Assembly (NCBI GenBank): GCA_022792035.1
Contig: JAAWAE010000103.1
Span: 2,257 to 66,256, forward strand
Length of the DNA stretch: 64,000 nt
Source: Ruminiclostridium sp.
GTDB taxonomy: Bacteria; Bacillota; Clostridia; Oscillospirales; Oscillospiraceae
Direction: 5' to 3'
Positions 18,680-28,471 of the stretch are shown piece by piece. A model generated the notes under the pieces. That model did no database searches. It was not told the DNA's origin and saw only the letters and a program-made list of their open reading frames with translations. Each line of letters begins with the position of its first letter. Position 1 is the stretch's first letter. Position numbers and translations under genes: made by a program.

Positions 18680-19687
18680 ATGATCGCAGTACTGAAAGCA
18701 GGCGCGTCCCCGGAGCGCACCGAGCACCTCATCCACTGGCTCAAGGAGCAGGGCTTGGGGGTCCACGTCTCCCAGGGGGAGTTCCAGACGGTCCTGGGCC
18801 TCATCGGCAACACCGCCAAGGTGGATATGGACATGATTCAGAGCCTGGACATCGTGGAGAGCGTCACCCGGGTCTCCGACCCCTTCAAGGCCGTGAACCG
18901 CCAGTTCCACCCCGACAGCTCCGAGATCCGCGCCGGCGCCGCCGCCATCGGCCGGGGCAGTTTTGCCCTCATCGCCGGGCCCTGCTCCGTGGAGACCGAG
19001 GAGCAGATCGTCTATGTGGCCCAGCAGGTGAAGGCCGCCGGGGCGCACTTCCTCCGGGGCGGGGCTTTTAAGCCGCGTACGTCCCCCTATGACTTCCAGG
19101 GCCTGGGAGAGGAGGGCATCCGCCTTCTCCTGGAGGCCAAAAAGGCCACGGGCCTGCCCATCGTCACCGAGCTGATGGACATCCGCAACCTGGACCTCTT
19201 TGCGGAGGTGGATGTGATCCAGGTGGGGGCCCGGAACACCCAGAATTTTGATATGCTCAAGGAGCTGGGCAAGACGAAAAAGCCCATCCTCTTAAAGCGC
19301 GGTCTGGCGGGTACCATCAAGGAACTGCTCATGAGCGCGGAGTATATCATGGCCAACGGCAACGAGGACGTGATCCTCTGCGAGCGGGGCATCCGCACCT
19401 ATGAATCCACCTACACCCGCAACACCCTGGACCTCTCCGCGGTGCCGGTGCTGAAAAAGCTCACCCACCTGCCGGTGGTGGTGGACCCCAGCCACGCCAC
19501 CGGTCACGCCGACCTGGTGGAACCCATGGCCATGGCCGCCGTGGCCGCCGGGGCGGACGGTTTGATGATCGAGGTCCACAATGACCCGCCCCGCGCCCTG
19601 TGCGACGGGGCCCAGTCCCTGACCCCGGAAGCCTTCGCCGCCACGGCGAAAAAGCTCTTCCGCATCCGGGAGGCGATGGAGGGATGA
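18680..19687 (+). CDS. aroF: 3-deoxy-7-phosphoheptulonate (DAHP) synthase, type Ibeta
   Basis: [37 protein letters not shown]. Confidence 0.95.
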   Translation: MIAVLKAGASPERTEHLIHWLKEQGLGVHVSQGEFQTVLGLIGNTAKVDMDMIQSLDIVESVTRVSDPFKAVNRQFHPDSSEIRAGAAAIGRGSFALIAGPCSVETEEQIVYVAQQVKAAGAHFLRGGAFKPRTSPYDFQGLGEEGIRLLLEAKKATGLPIVTELMDIRNLDLFAEVDVIQVGARNTQNFDMLKELGKTKKPILLKRGLAGTIKELLMSAEYIMANGNEDVILCERGIRTYESTYTRNTLDLSAVPVLKKLTHLPVVVDPSHATGHADLVEPMAMAAVAAGADGLMIEVHNDPPRALCDGAQSLTPEAFAATAKKLFRIREAMEG

Positions 19688-20520
19688 GAGTCGGCATCAT
19701 CGGCTTGGGGCTCATCGGCGGCTCCCTGGCCAAAGCCTACCGCCGGGACGAGGGCGTCACCGTCCTGGGCTGGGATACGGACGCTTCCATCACCGAGTTT
19801 GCCCAGCTGGCCCAGGCGATTCACGGCCCCCTCCGGGATGAGGACCTGCCGGGGCTGGACCTTCTGCTCCTGGCCACCTATCCGGAGGCGGTGGTGGCCC
19901 ACATGAAGCGCCTGGCTCCCCTGCTGGACAAGCAGACCATGGTCATTGACTGCGCGGGGACCAAGGAAAAAGTCTGCCGGGAGGTGTTCCCCCTGGCGGC
20001 GGAATACGGCCTCACCTTCCTGGGGGGCCACCCCATGGCGGGGACCCATTACTCCGGCTTCAAGTACAGTCAGGCGGACCTGTTTGACGGGGCCCCCATG
20101 GTCCTGGTGCCGCCGGTCTTTGATGACATTCGTCTGCTGGACCGGGCAAAGAAATGTCTGGCCCCGGTGGGTTTCGGGCACATCTCCATCACCACCGCCC
20201 AGGAGCACGACGCCCGCATCGCCTTCACCTCCCAGATGGCCCATGTGATCTCCAACGCCTATATCAAAAGCCCCACGGCCCGCAGCCACGACGGCTTCTC
20301 CGCCGGCAGCTACCGGGACCTGACCCGGGTGGCCTGGCTCAACCCCGCCATGTGGGCGGAGCTGTTTTTGGAGAACAAGGACAACCTCCTCTTTGAGCTG
20401 GACACCCTCACCGCCAGCCTGCGGCAATACCGGGAGGCCATCCAGAACGAGGATTTCGACACCCTCCGCGCCCTCTTAGACCAGGGACGGCGGATCAAGG
20501 AGGAGGTGGACGGCGTATGA
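19684..20520 (+). CDS. tyrA: Prephenate dehydrogenase
   Basis: GLGLIGGS, GGHPMAG, EHD..IAFTSQMAH, GSYRDLTRVA; ATGA overlap. Confidence 0.92.
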   Translation: MRVGIIGLGLIGGSLAKAYRRDEGVTVLGWDTDASITEFAQLAQAIHGPLRDEDLPGLDLLLLATYPEAVVAHMKRLAPLLDKQTMVIDCAGTKEKVCREVFPLAAEYGLTFLGGHPMAGTHYSGFKYSQADLFDGAPMVLVPPVFDDIRLLDRAKKCLAPVGFGHISITTAQEHDARIAFTSQMAHVISNAYIKSPTARSHDGFSAGSYRDLTRVAWLNPAMWAELFLENKDNLLFELDTLTASLRQYREAIQNEDFDTLRALLDQGRRIKEEVDGV

Positions 20521-21581
20521 CCTCGGTCAAGATCCAGACCGCCGCCCCCTACGCCGTGGAGGTAGGCGCCGGCCTGCTGGAGCGGGCAGGGGAGACGGCC
20601 CGAAGCTGCTGGAAGGGTCCCGCTGCCGCCGTGGTCACGGACTCCAACGTGGCCCCCCTCTACCTGGAACGCTGCCTGGACAGCCTGAAGGAGGCGGGGC
20701 TGCGGGCGGTCTCCTTCGTCTTCCTGGCGGGGGAGGCGTCCAAGAACGGGAAAACCTACCTGGAACTGTTGGAATTCCTGGCCCAGAACCAGATCACCCG
20801 GGCCGACGGTCTCATTGCCCTGGGCGGCGGGGTGGTGGGGGATCTGACGGGCTTTGCCGCCGCCACCTTCCTCCGGGGCATCCCCTTCCTCCAGCTGCCC
20901 ACCACGCTGCTGGCGGCGGTGGACGCCTCTGTGGGGGGCAAGACCGCCATCGACTTAGAGCATGGCAAGAATCTGGCGGGTGCTTTTTATCAGCCCCGGG
21001 CGGTGCTGTGCGATCTGGACTGCCTGAAAACCCTCCCCGCCGAGGTCTTTTCCGACGGCTGCGCCGAGGTCATCAAGTACGGCATGATCGGCGACGAAGC
21101 CCTCTTATCCCTCCTGAACGCCCCTGGGGAGCCGGACTGGGAGGATATCATCGCCCGCTGCGTGGCCCAGAAGGGCCGTCTGGTGGAGGAGGACGAGTTC
21201 GACACCGGGGCGCGCCAGCTGCTGAACCTGGGCCACACCATCGGCCACGGCATCGAGGCGTGCAGCGGGTACCAGATCTCCCACGGGAAGGCGGTGGCCA
21301 TCGGCATGGTCCTCATCACCCGGGCGGCGGCGTCCTATGGCCTCTGTCCGCCGGAGGTCCTGCCGGGGCTGTTGTCCCTATTGAACAAATACGGCCTGCC
21401 GGAGCGCACCGATTACGACGCACAAGCCCTCTACCAGCGCACCCTTTCCGACAAGAAGCGCAGCGGGGACCACATCCAGCTGGTCGTCCCCGCCGCCTGG
21501 GGGAAGAGCGTCCTGCACAGCCTCCCGGTGGGAGAGCTGGAAACCTGGATCGAAAGGGGGTTGTCCTGCCGTGCCCAGTGA
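20517..21581 (+). CDS. aroB: 3-dehydroquinate synthase
   Basis: ALGGGVVGDLTGF, PTTLLAAVDASVGGKT, LNLGHTIGH. Confidence 0.95.
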   Translation: MTSVKIQTAAPYAVEVGAGLLERAGETARSCWKGPAAAVVTDSNVAPLYLERCLDSLKEAGLRAVSFVFLAGEASKNGKTYLELLEFLAQNQITRADGLIALGGGVVGDLTGFAAATFLRGIPFLQLPTTLLAAVDASVGGKTAIDLEHGKNLAGAFYQPRAVLCDLDCLKTLPAEVFSDGCAEVIKYGMIGDEALLSLLNAPGEPDWEDIIARCVAQKGRLVEEDEFDTGARQLLNLGHTIGHGIEACSGYQISHGKAVAIGMVLITRAAASYGLCPPEVLPGLLSLLNKYGLPERTDYDAQALYQRTLSDKKRSGDHIQLVVPAAWGKSVLHSLPVGELETWIERGLSCRAQ

Positions 21582-22857
21582 AAGCTATGACGTGACCATG
21601 GCCCAGCTCCAGCCGGGGACGGCCAGCGGGGCGCTGGAGGTCATCCCCTCCAAATCCTCGGCCCACCGTCTCCTGATCTGCGCCGCCCTGGCCCAGGGGG
21701 AGACGGAGGTCGCCTGTCCCCAGAGTTCCCAGGACATTGACGCCACCGTGGCCTGCCTGGAGGGTCTAGGGGCCCTGATCCACCACGATCACCGGGGCTT
21801 TCAGGTCACCCCCCTGGGCAAGGCCCCCAGGGGAGAGGCCTGCCTGCTGCCCTGCCGGGAGAGCGGGTCCACCCTGCGCTTCCTCCTGCCGGTGGCGGGG
21901 GCTTTGGGGGCCTTGGCCACCTTCCCCCTGGAAGGACGCCTGGGCCAGCGGCCCATGGAGCCTTTGGTGGAGCAGCTGGCCCGCCATGGCTGCACCATCC
22001 GCCAAGAACCGGACCGGGTGACCATCTCCGGCCAGCTCCGCCCCGGGCACTACGTTCTGCCGGGGGATGTGTCCTCCCAGTTCATCTCCGGCCTGCTCAT
22101 GGCCCTGCCCCTGCTGGAGGGGCCTAGTACCTTGGAGGTCACCGGGGAGGTCCAGTCTGTGGGCTACATCCAGATGACCCTTCGGGCCCTGGCGGCCTTT
22201 GGGGTCCGGCCCCACCAGCAGGGGTGGACGTTCACCATCCCCGCCCAGGGCTACCGCAGCCCCGGCGCGGCCCTGGCGGAAGGGGACTGGTCCAACGCCG
22301 CCCCCTGGCTGTGCATGGGGGCTTTGGGAGGCACCGGCATCTTCCTCAGGGGCCTGGACCCCAACTCCCTGCAAGGAGACCGGGAGGTCTGCGAGATTTT
22401 AAGCCGCATGGGGGCGCGCATCCACTGGGACGGGGACCTGCTCACCGTCCGTCCGGGGCAGCTGCAAGCTGCTACCATCGACGCCCGGAACGTCCCGGAC
22501 CTGGTCCCGGTGCTCTCCGCCGTGGCGGCCCTGACCCCGGGGGAGACCCGGATCATCCACGCCGAGCGCCTGCGCCTGAAAGAATCCAACCGCCTCCAGA
22601 CCACCGCCCAGGTCCTGAACGCCCTGGGGGGCGACGTGACGGAGACCTTCGACGGCCTGCGCATCCGGGGCCGGGAGACCTTGGCCGGGGGCGTGGTGGA
22701 CTCCCACCTGGACCACCGCATCGCCATGGCGGCGGCGGTGGCCTCCACCGGCTGTGAAGGGCCGGTGGTGGTGCGCATGGCCGACGCGGTGAAGAAATCT
22801 TACCCCGCCTTCTGGCTGCATATGGAACAGCTGGGGCGGCAGGTGAAGATGATTTGA
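21571..22857 (+). CDS. aroA: EPSP synthase
   Basis: PSKSSAHR, ESGSTLRF, SSQFISGLL, LKESNRL, DHRIAM, KSYPAF. Confidence 0.95.
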   Translation: MPSESYDVTMAQLQPGTASGALEVIPSKSSAHRLLICAALAQGETEVACPQSSQDIDATVACLEGLGALIHHDHRGFQVTPLGKAPRGEACLLPCRESGSTLRFLLPVAGALGALATFPLEGRLGQRPMEPLVEQLARHGCTIRQEPDRVTISGQLRPGHYVLPGDVSSQFISGLLMALPLLEGPSTLEVTGEVQSVGYIQMTLRALAAFGVRPHQQGWTFTIPAQGYRSPGAALAEGDWSNAAPWLCMGALGGTGIFLRGLDPNSLQGDREVCEILSRMGARIHWDGDLLTVRPGQLQAATIDARNVPDLVPVLSAVAALTPGETRIIHAERLRLKESNRLQTTAQVLNALGGDVTETFDGLRIRGRETLAGGVVDSHLDHRIAMAAAVASTGCEGPVVVRMADAVKKSYPAFWLHMEQLGRQVKMI

Positions 22858-22866
22858 ACAAGGGCC

Positions 22867-22895
22867 TTGACGCGGAAGGCTTTATCCGATATCAT
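22867..22895 (+). promoter_or_regulatory. Internal promoter before aroC
   Basis: TTGACG-17 bp-TATCAT in the only sizeable gap of the operon. Confidence 0.6.
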
Positions 22896-22951
22896 ATAAA
22901 GTGAAATTTTAGAGTTTGGGAGCCCCTTGCGGCTCCCCTAGTGAGGAAAGT

Positions 22952-24049
22952 ATGAGCAGCACGTTCCACGGTCAGCTGACCGTTTCCATCTTTGGCCAGT
23001 CCCACGGCAGCGCCATCGGCGTGACCATCGACGGCCTGCCCCCCGGGGAGGCCGTGGACTTGGAGGCGTTGCAGGACTTCCTGAACCGTCGGGCCCCCGG
23101 GGGCAACGCCTGGTCCACCAGCCGGAAGGAGGAGGACGCCCCGGAGATCCTCTCCGGCCTTCTGGAGGGGTACACCTGTGGAGCCCCCCTCACCGCCATC
23201 ATCCGCAATAAAAACACCCGCTCCGGGGACTACGCCAATTTGAAGGACCTGCCCCGGCCCGGCCACGCGGACTACACCGCCCAGATCAAGTACGGCGGCT
23301 TCCAGGACAGCGCGGGCGGCGGACACTTTTCCGGGCGGCTCACCGCCCCGCTGTGCATCGCCGGGGGCATCTGTATGCAGGTGCTGGCCCGGAGAGGGAT
23401 CACCATCGGGGCCCACATCGCCGCCATCGGCGGCATCCCCGACGAACCCTTCGACCCCGTCCATCTCACCCGGGAGGACTTGCTGGCCCCGGGATATAAA
23501 CCCTTCCCCGTCCGCTCGGACGCCCAGGGGGAGGCCATGCAGGCGCGCATCGCCCAGGTGAAGGCGGAAGGGGACTCTGTGGGCGGGCTCATCCAATGCG
23601 CCGTCCTGGGCCTGCCCCCCGGCCTGGGGGACCCCATGCTGGACGGCTTAGAAAACCGGATCGCCCGTCTGGTCTTTGCCATTCCGGCGGTGAAGGGCAT
23701 CGAGTTTGGCGCGGGCTTTGCCGCGGCGGGGATGCGGGGCAGCGAGAACAACGATCCCTTCTGCTTGGAGGATGGGCAGGTGCGCACCGCGACTAACCAC
23801 GCCGGCGGCATTTTGGGCGGCATCAGCAATGGGATGCCCCTGCTCTTTCAGGCGGCGGTGAAGCCCACCCCGTCCATCGCCCAGCGCCAGCGCAGCGTCA
23901 GCCTGTCCCGGCGGGAGGAGGCCGGGTTGGAGATCCAGGGCCGGCATGACCCCTGCATCGTCCCCCGGGCCGTGCCCTGTGTGGAGGCCGCCGCCGCCCT
24001 GGCAGTCTGCGACGCATTTCTGGAACAGGAAGTGAGGAGAGTACTATGA
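22952..24049 (+). CDS. aroC: Chorismate synthase
   Basis: FGQSHG, PRPGHAD, GGGHFSGR, GGILGGIS, KPTPSI, GRHDPC. Confidence 0.95.
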   Translation: MSSTFHGQLTVSIFGQSHGSAIGVTIDGLPPGEAVDLEALQDFLNRRAPGGNAWSTSRKEEDAPEILSGLLEGYTCGAPLTAIIRNKNTRSGDYANLKDLPRPGHADYTAQIKYGGFQDSAGGGHFSGRLTAPLCIAGGICMQVLARRGITIGAHIAAIGGIPDEPFDPVHLTREDLLAPGYKPFPVRSDAQGEAMQARIAQVKAEGDSVGGLIQCAVLGLPPGLGDPMLDGLENRIARLVFAIPAVKGIEFGAGFAAAGMRGSENNDPFCLEDGQVRTATNHAGGILGGISNGMPLLFQAAVKPTPSIAQRQRSVSLSRREEAGLEIQGRHDPCIVPRAVPCVEAAAALAVCDAFLEQEVRRVL

Positions 24050-25191
24050 GTTTAGAAGCATTGAGAAAAGAAATCGACGCCATCGACGACAAGCTGCTCC
24101 AGGCGTTTCAGGAGCGCATGGCCGTGGTGGCCCAGGTGAGCCAGGCCAAGCGGGCCGGTGACCTGCCGGTGCTGGACGCCGCCCGGGAGCGCTCCAAGCT
24201 GGAGGACATCGCCTCCAAGCTGCCGGAAGAGCTGCAGCAGTACGGCTACTTCCTCTGGTCCATGCTCTTTGAGATCAGCCGCAGCCACCAAAGCGCCCTG
24301 GACCCCCAGCCCTCCCCCCTGCGCCGGGAGATCGAGGCGGCCATGACCCAGACCCCCAACCTCTTCCCGCCCCGGGCCACCGTGGCCTGCCAGGGAGTAG
24401 AGGGGGCGTATTCCCAGCTGGCCTGCGAAAAACTCTTCAAGCACCCCCAGGTGATGTTCTTCGGCAGCTTCGAGAGCGTCTTTTCCGCCATCGAGAACGG
24501 CTTTTGCGACTACGGCGTGCTGCCGTTGGAGAACAGCACCGCCGGGTCTGTCAAGCAGGTCTATGACCTGATGCTCAGCCGGAATTTTAAGATCGTCCGC
24601 TCCACCCGGCTGAAGGTGGACCACAATCTTCTGGCGAAGAAGGGCACGAAGCTGGAGGATGTGAAGGAGGTCTTCTCCCATCCCCAGGCCATCAGCCAGT
24701 GCAGCGCCTTTTTGGAAAAAATGGGCAAGAGCGTGAAGATCACCCCCTGCGAAAACACCGCCGCCGCCGCCGAGGCCGTGGCCAAGTCCGAGCGCCGGGA
24801 CGTAGCCGCCATCTGCTCCCACAGCTGCATTGCCCTCTACGCCCTGGACTGTCTGGCGGCGGATGTGCAGGACCGGGGCGACAATTATACCCGCTTCATC
24901 TGCATCTCCAAACAGCTCCAGATCTTCCCCGGCGCGGACAAGACCAGCCTCATGGTCTCCCTGCCCCACCGGCCCGGGTCCCTCTATCAGATCCTGGCCC
25001 GGTTCTACACCCTGGGGCTCAACCTCATCAAGCTGGAGAGCCGCCCCATCCCCGGCCGGGACTTTGAGTTCATGTTCTATTTCGACCTGGAGACTTCCGT
25101 GTATTCCGAAGAGTTCATCCGCATGGTAGACGACCTGTCCACCATCTGTGAGGAGTTCCAATATTTAGGCAGCTACAGCGAGGTGGTTTGA
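24046..25191 (+). CDS. pheA: Bifunctional chorismate mutase / prephenate dehydratase
   Basis: LRKEIDAID CM domain; QGVEGAYS, PLENS, SHPQA, NYTRF, KLESRP ACT domain. Confidence 0.93.
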   Translation: MSLEALRKEIDAIDDKLLQAFQERMAVVAQVSQAKRAGDLPVLDAARERSKLEDIASKLPEELQQYGYFLWSMLFEISRSHQSALDPQPSPLRREIEAAMTQTPNLFPPRATVACQGVEGAYSQLACEKLFKHPQVMFFGSFESVFSAIENGFCDYGVLPLENSTAGSVKQVYDLMLSRNFKIVRSTRLKVDHNLLAKKGTKLEDVKEVFSHPQAISQCSAFLEKMGKSVKITPCENTAAAAEAVAKSERRDVAAICSHSCIALYALDCLAADVQDRGDNYTRFICISKQLQIFPGADKTSLMVSLPHRPGSLYQILARFYTLGLNLIKLESRPIPGRDFEFMFYFDLETSVYSEEFIRMVDDLSTICEEFQYLGSYSEVV

Positions 25192-26423
25192 TGCAGTACG
25201 GATTGTTGGGAGAAAAGCTGAGCCACAGTTATTCTCCAGAGCTTCACGCCATGTTCGGCGACTATCCCTACGAGCTCTACGAGATCTCACCCGAGGCCCT
25301 GGGGGACTTCCTCCGGGCCCGGGATTTCCAGGGCTTGAATGTGACCATCCCCTACAAGACCACGGTGATGGCGGTGTGCGACCATCTCACCGAGGCCGCC
25401 GAGGCCATCGGCAGCGTGAACACCGTGGTCCGGGAACCCGGCGGCGGGCTGCTGGGGGACAACACCGACGCCGCCGGCTTTGAGGGGATGCTGTGGAAGA
25501 GCGAGATCCCGGTCCGGGGGAAGAAGTGCCTGGTTTTGGGCTCCGGGGGCGCCAGTTTGGCGGTGCAGTATGTCCTGGACAAGCAGGGCGCCGGGGAGGT
25601 GGTGGTGATCTCCCGCAGCGGCAAAGACAGCTATGACAACATCCACCGCCACAAGGACGCCCAGGTCATCATCAACGCCACCCCTGTGGGGATGTATCCC
25701 AACACTGCCGCGTCGCCTGTGGATCTGCGGGAATTCCCCGCCTGCGAGGGGGTGCTGGATCTGATCTACAACCCCTCCCGCACCGCCCTGATCCAGCAGG
25801 CGGAGGCCCTGCGCATCCCGCGCATGGGGGGGCTGTATATGCTGGTGGAGCAGGCCCGCTTCTCCGCCCAGATTTTTACCAAAAAGACCTTTTCCGTCAT
25901 CCGCACCGTGGACGCCTTCCAGACCCTGCGCCGCCGGAAGGAAAACCGGGTCCTCATCGGGATGCCCGGCTGCGGGAAGACCACGGTGGGTTATGCCCTG
26001 GCCCAGTTTTTGGACCGTCCCTTCGTGGACTGTGACCAGAAGCTGGAGGAGAGCTTTGGAGTGTCCTGCGAGGATTTCATCAACCGCAACGGCGAGGACG
26101 CCTTCCGGGACCACGAGACCGCCCTGCTGGCCAAGCTGGGGAAGGAGTCGGGGCTGGTGATCTCCACCGGCGGCGGCTGCGTCACCCGGGCGGAGAACTA
26201 TCCCCACCTGCACCAGAACGGGGCCATCATCTTCCTGGAGCGGGAGTTATCCAAACTGCCCCGGAAGGGCCGGCCTCTGTCCCTGCGGGGGAACCTGCAG
26301 GATATGTACACCATCCGCCTGCCCATGTACCGCAGGTTTGCCGACCTCATCGTGGCCAACAACGCCGAGCCGGAGCGCGTGGCCCGGAACGTGGAGGTTT
26401 TATATGACCGTTTTAATTCTTAA
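25191..26423 (+). CDS. Fused shikimate dehydrogenase (AroE) - shikimate kinase (AroK)
   Basis: HSYSP, NVTIPYK, NTD, GSGGA, then LIGMPGCGKTT P-loop and STGGG, RPL. Confidence 0.92.
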   Translation: MQYGLLGEKLSHSYSPELHAMFGDYPYELYEISPEALGDFLRARDFQGLNVTIPYKTTVMAVCDHLTEAAEAIGSVNTVVREPGGGLLGDNTDAAGFEGMLWKSEIPVRGKKCLVLGSGGASLAVQYVLDKQGAGEVVVISRSGKDSYDNIHRHKDAQVIINATPVGMYPNTAASPVDLREFPACEGVLDLIYNPSRTALIQQAEALRIPRMGGLYMLVEQARFSAQIFTKKTFSVIRTVDAFQTLRRRKENRVLIGMPGCGKTTVGYALAQFLDRPFVDCDQKLEESFGVSCEDFINRNGEDAFRDHETALLAKLGKESGLVISTGGGCVTRAENYPHLHQNGAIIFLERELSKLPRKGRPLSLRGNLQDMYTIRLPMYRRFADLIVANNAEPERVARNVEVLYDRFNS

Positions 26424-26844
26424 TGGCCCAAATCTGAACCTGCTGGGCGTCCGGGAGCCGGAGCTGTACGGACGGCAGGATTACGCTGCCCTTACCGCCC
26501 TGGTGGAGGAGACCTGCCGGACGGAGGGGATCGAGATGGAGATGGTCCAGTCCAACCACGAGGGGGTTTTGGTGGATACCATCCAGCAGGCCCTGGGCCG
26601 CTTTGACGGCATCGTCATCAATCCCGCCGCGTACACCCATACCAGCGTGGCGATTTTGGACGCCTTGAAGGCGGTGGCCCTGCCGGCGGTGGAGGTGCAT
26701 ATCTCCGACGTGTCCCAGCGGGAGGCCTTTCGGCAGATCTCCTATGCCGGGCAGGCCTGCGTCAAAACCTTTATGGGCTTAGGTCTGGAGGGCTACCGTC
26801 AGGCCATTTTGTACTTAAAAGAGTATCTGAACGAGAAGAGATGA
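26404..26844 (+). CDS. aroQ: Type II 3-dehydroquinate dehydratase
   Basis: LNGPNLNLLGVREPELYG, QSNHEG, INPAAYTHTS, EVHIS. Confidence 0.95.
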   Translation: MTVLILNGPNLNLLGVREPELYGRQDYAALTALVEETCRTEGIEMEMVQSNHEGVLVDTIQQALGRFDGIVINPAAYTHTSVAILDALKAVALPAVEVHISDVSQREAFRQISYAGQACVKTFMGLGLEGYRQAILYLKEYLNEKR

Positions 26845-26852
26845 AAAAGAGA

Positions 26853-26888
26853 GCCGGAGGTGTGATGCCTCCGGCCCTGCGTTTTTCT
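26853..26888. terminator. Probable bidirectional terminator after aroQ
   Basis: GCCGGAGG-loop-CCTCCGGC with A-rich and T-rich flanks. Confidence 0.65.
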
Positions 26889-26900
26889 CTGCCCTGCTGG

Positions 26901-27047
26901 TCACTCCTGCCCCTTGGCAAGGGCGATCTTGTCCAGCAGTTCCGCGATCTCATCGGTGGTGTATTGTTTCTTCTCTCCACTTGTAAAGATCAATCTCAAC
27001 TCATAAATGGCTGCTTGCTGGATGATTTTGATTTCCTTCTCGGGCAT
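26901..27047 (-). CDS. Small hypothetical protein, 48 aa (MPEKEIKIIQQAAIYELRLIFTSGEKKQYTTDEIAELLDKIALAKGQE)
   Basis: RBS AAAGGAG; own promoter TTGCAT-17-TATGCT (27120-27092); below the ORF track cutoff. Confidence 0.75.
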   Translation of the reverse strand: MPEKEIKIIQQAAIYELRLIFTSGEKKQYTTDEIAELLDKIALAKGQE

Positions 27048-27166
27048 ATTGCACATCTCCTTTCTTTTTTCAGGGCCTGCATTCTTCTAATAGCATACCA
27101 AATATGACAGCATGATGCAACGACCGATCTTCCGCAAACAGCCCCGCGCAGGGGCCCCTTGGAAAT

Positions 27167-27221
27167 TTAATGAAATCTTAATCATTCCTGCATTTTTTCT
27201 TTAGGACCCGTGTGCTATACT
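27167..27221 (+). promoter_or_regulatory. Putative OmpR-type activated promoter
   Basis: TTAAT direct repeat with 11-bp period (27167, 27178), no -35, extended -10 TGcTATACT. Confidence 0.55.
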
Positions 27222-27291
27222 GAGTGTGTCAAAGGGAATGCACTCCGCATTTGATGTACGATAACGAAGAATGAACAAGGAGGAATCTGTG

Positions 27292-28443
27292 ATGAAGAAG
27301 CGTAAATTAGTGGCCTGCCTGATGGCGGGGGTCCTGGTCCTGGCGGTGTCCGCCGGCGCCGCCTTCGAGAGCGTCAACGGCTATGCCGCCTACAAAAACG
27401 GCGTCAAGGCCCTCCTGCTCCAGACCAATAACGTCACCCTGGAAGGGAAGTTCGCTGTGACCGTGGACGGCAAGACCGTCACCAAGGCCAACGGTACCGT
27501 CGCCACCGACGGCAAGAACTACTCTTCTGATCTCTGGGCTGAGGGCAGCGACGGCAGCAAGGAGGAGAGCCATGAGGTCTACCTCGACGGCGTGAACACC
27601 TGGTACAGCGGGGAGAACGCCGCGAATAAAAGCTATTACTCCAACGAGTACGACCAGGAATGGAATTCCCGGCCCAATCTCCTGGGCTATCACGAAGACG
27701 ACGAGATGGAGAGCCGCATGATCACCTTCCTGGAGCTGGCCGCGGACAGCGTGGTGGGCGATCTGAAGAACAACTTCGTCTCCCTGGGCAGCGAGGACGG
27801 CCTGAACAAGTATCAGGTGGAAGTCTCCAAGCAGCAGGTTCCCGCCCTGGTGAACGCCGGGCTGTCCCTGATGGCATATTCTCAGTTCAGCTACACCGGC
27901 TACAACACCTACCATCAGGATTACCAGGCCACCTTCAAAGCCTACTATGAAAAGACCACCGGCCAGCCCTTCCCCCAGGAGATTTGGGACAACTACTATG
28001 AGGAATGGAACGACGAGTGGGTGGAGGCCAACCAGGACGCCATCGACAAGTTCGAGGAAATCCAGTCCGACTTCTCCGACATCGGCTATGACGTTCTGGA
28101 AAAGAAGGGCGGCGGCGTGGCCTACGTCAAGAAAGACCTCAGCGTGGATTACTATGCCACCCAGCTGGACTTCTACAATGCCCACCCCGAGGAGTGCGGC
28201 GACGACTGGAGCCTCTTCATCGGCAAGGACCTGTCCCTGGAGAGCGTGAAGTGCGGCTTCGCCCTGGACGACAAGGGCCGTCTGGCAGAGAACAGCATCA
28301 GCGCCGTCTTCGCCACCACCGACGCCAAGGGTGAGCGCCACACCTTGACCCTGGAAGGCAGTTTCCAGGCCAGCAACTTCGACAGCACCCAGATCAAGCC
28401 CCTGGACGTCACCGGCTGGACTAACCTGTCCGAGGAGGATTGA
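27292..28443 (+). CDS. Secreted hypothetical protein, paralog 1
   Basis: RBS AAGGAGG; signal peptide ending SAGA; acidic and aromatic-rich; paralogous to the next gene. Confidence 0.85.
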   Translation: MKKRKLVACLMAGVLVLAVSAGAAFESVNGYAAYKNGVKALLLQTNNVTLEGKFAVTVDGKTVTKANGTVATDGKNYSSDLWAEGSDGSKEESHEVYLDGVNTWYSGENAANKSYYSNEYDQEWNSRPNLLGYHEDDEMESRMITFLELAADSVVGDLKNNFVSLGSEDGLNKYQVEVSKQQVPALVNAGLSLMAYSQFSYTGYNTYHQDYQATFKAYYEKTTGQPFPQEIWDNYYEEWNDEWVEANQDAIDKFEEIQSDFSDIGYDVLEKKGGGVAYVKKDLSVDYYATQLDFYNAHPEECGDDWSLFIGKDLSLESVKCGFALDDKGRLAENSISAVFATTDAKGERHTLTLEGSFQASNFDSTQIKPLDVTGWTNLSEED

Positions 28444-28471
28444 CCCGCCCCCTGTGTAAGGAGGAAGTGAC

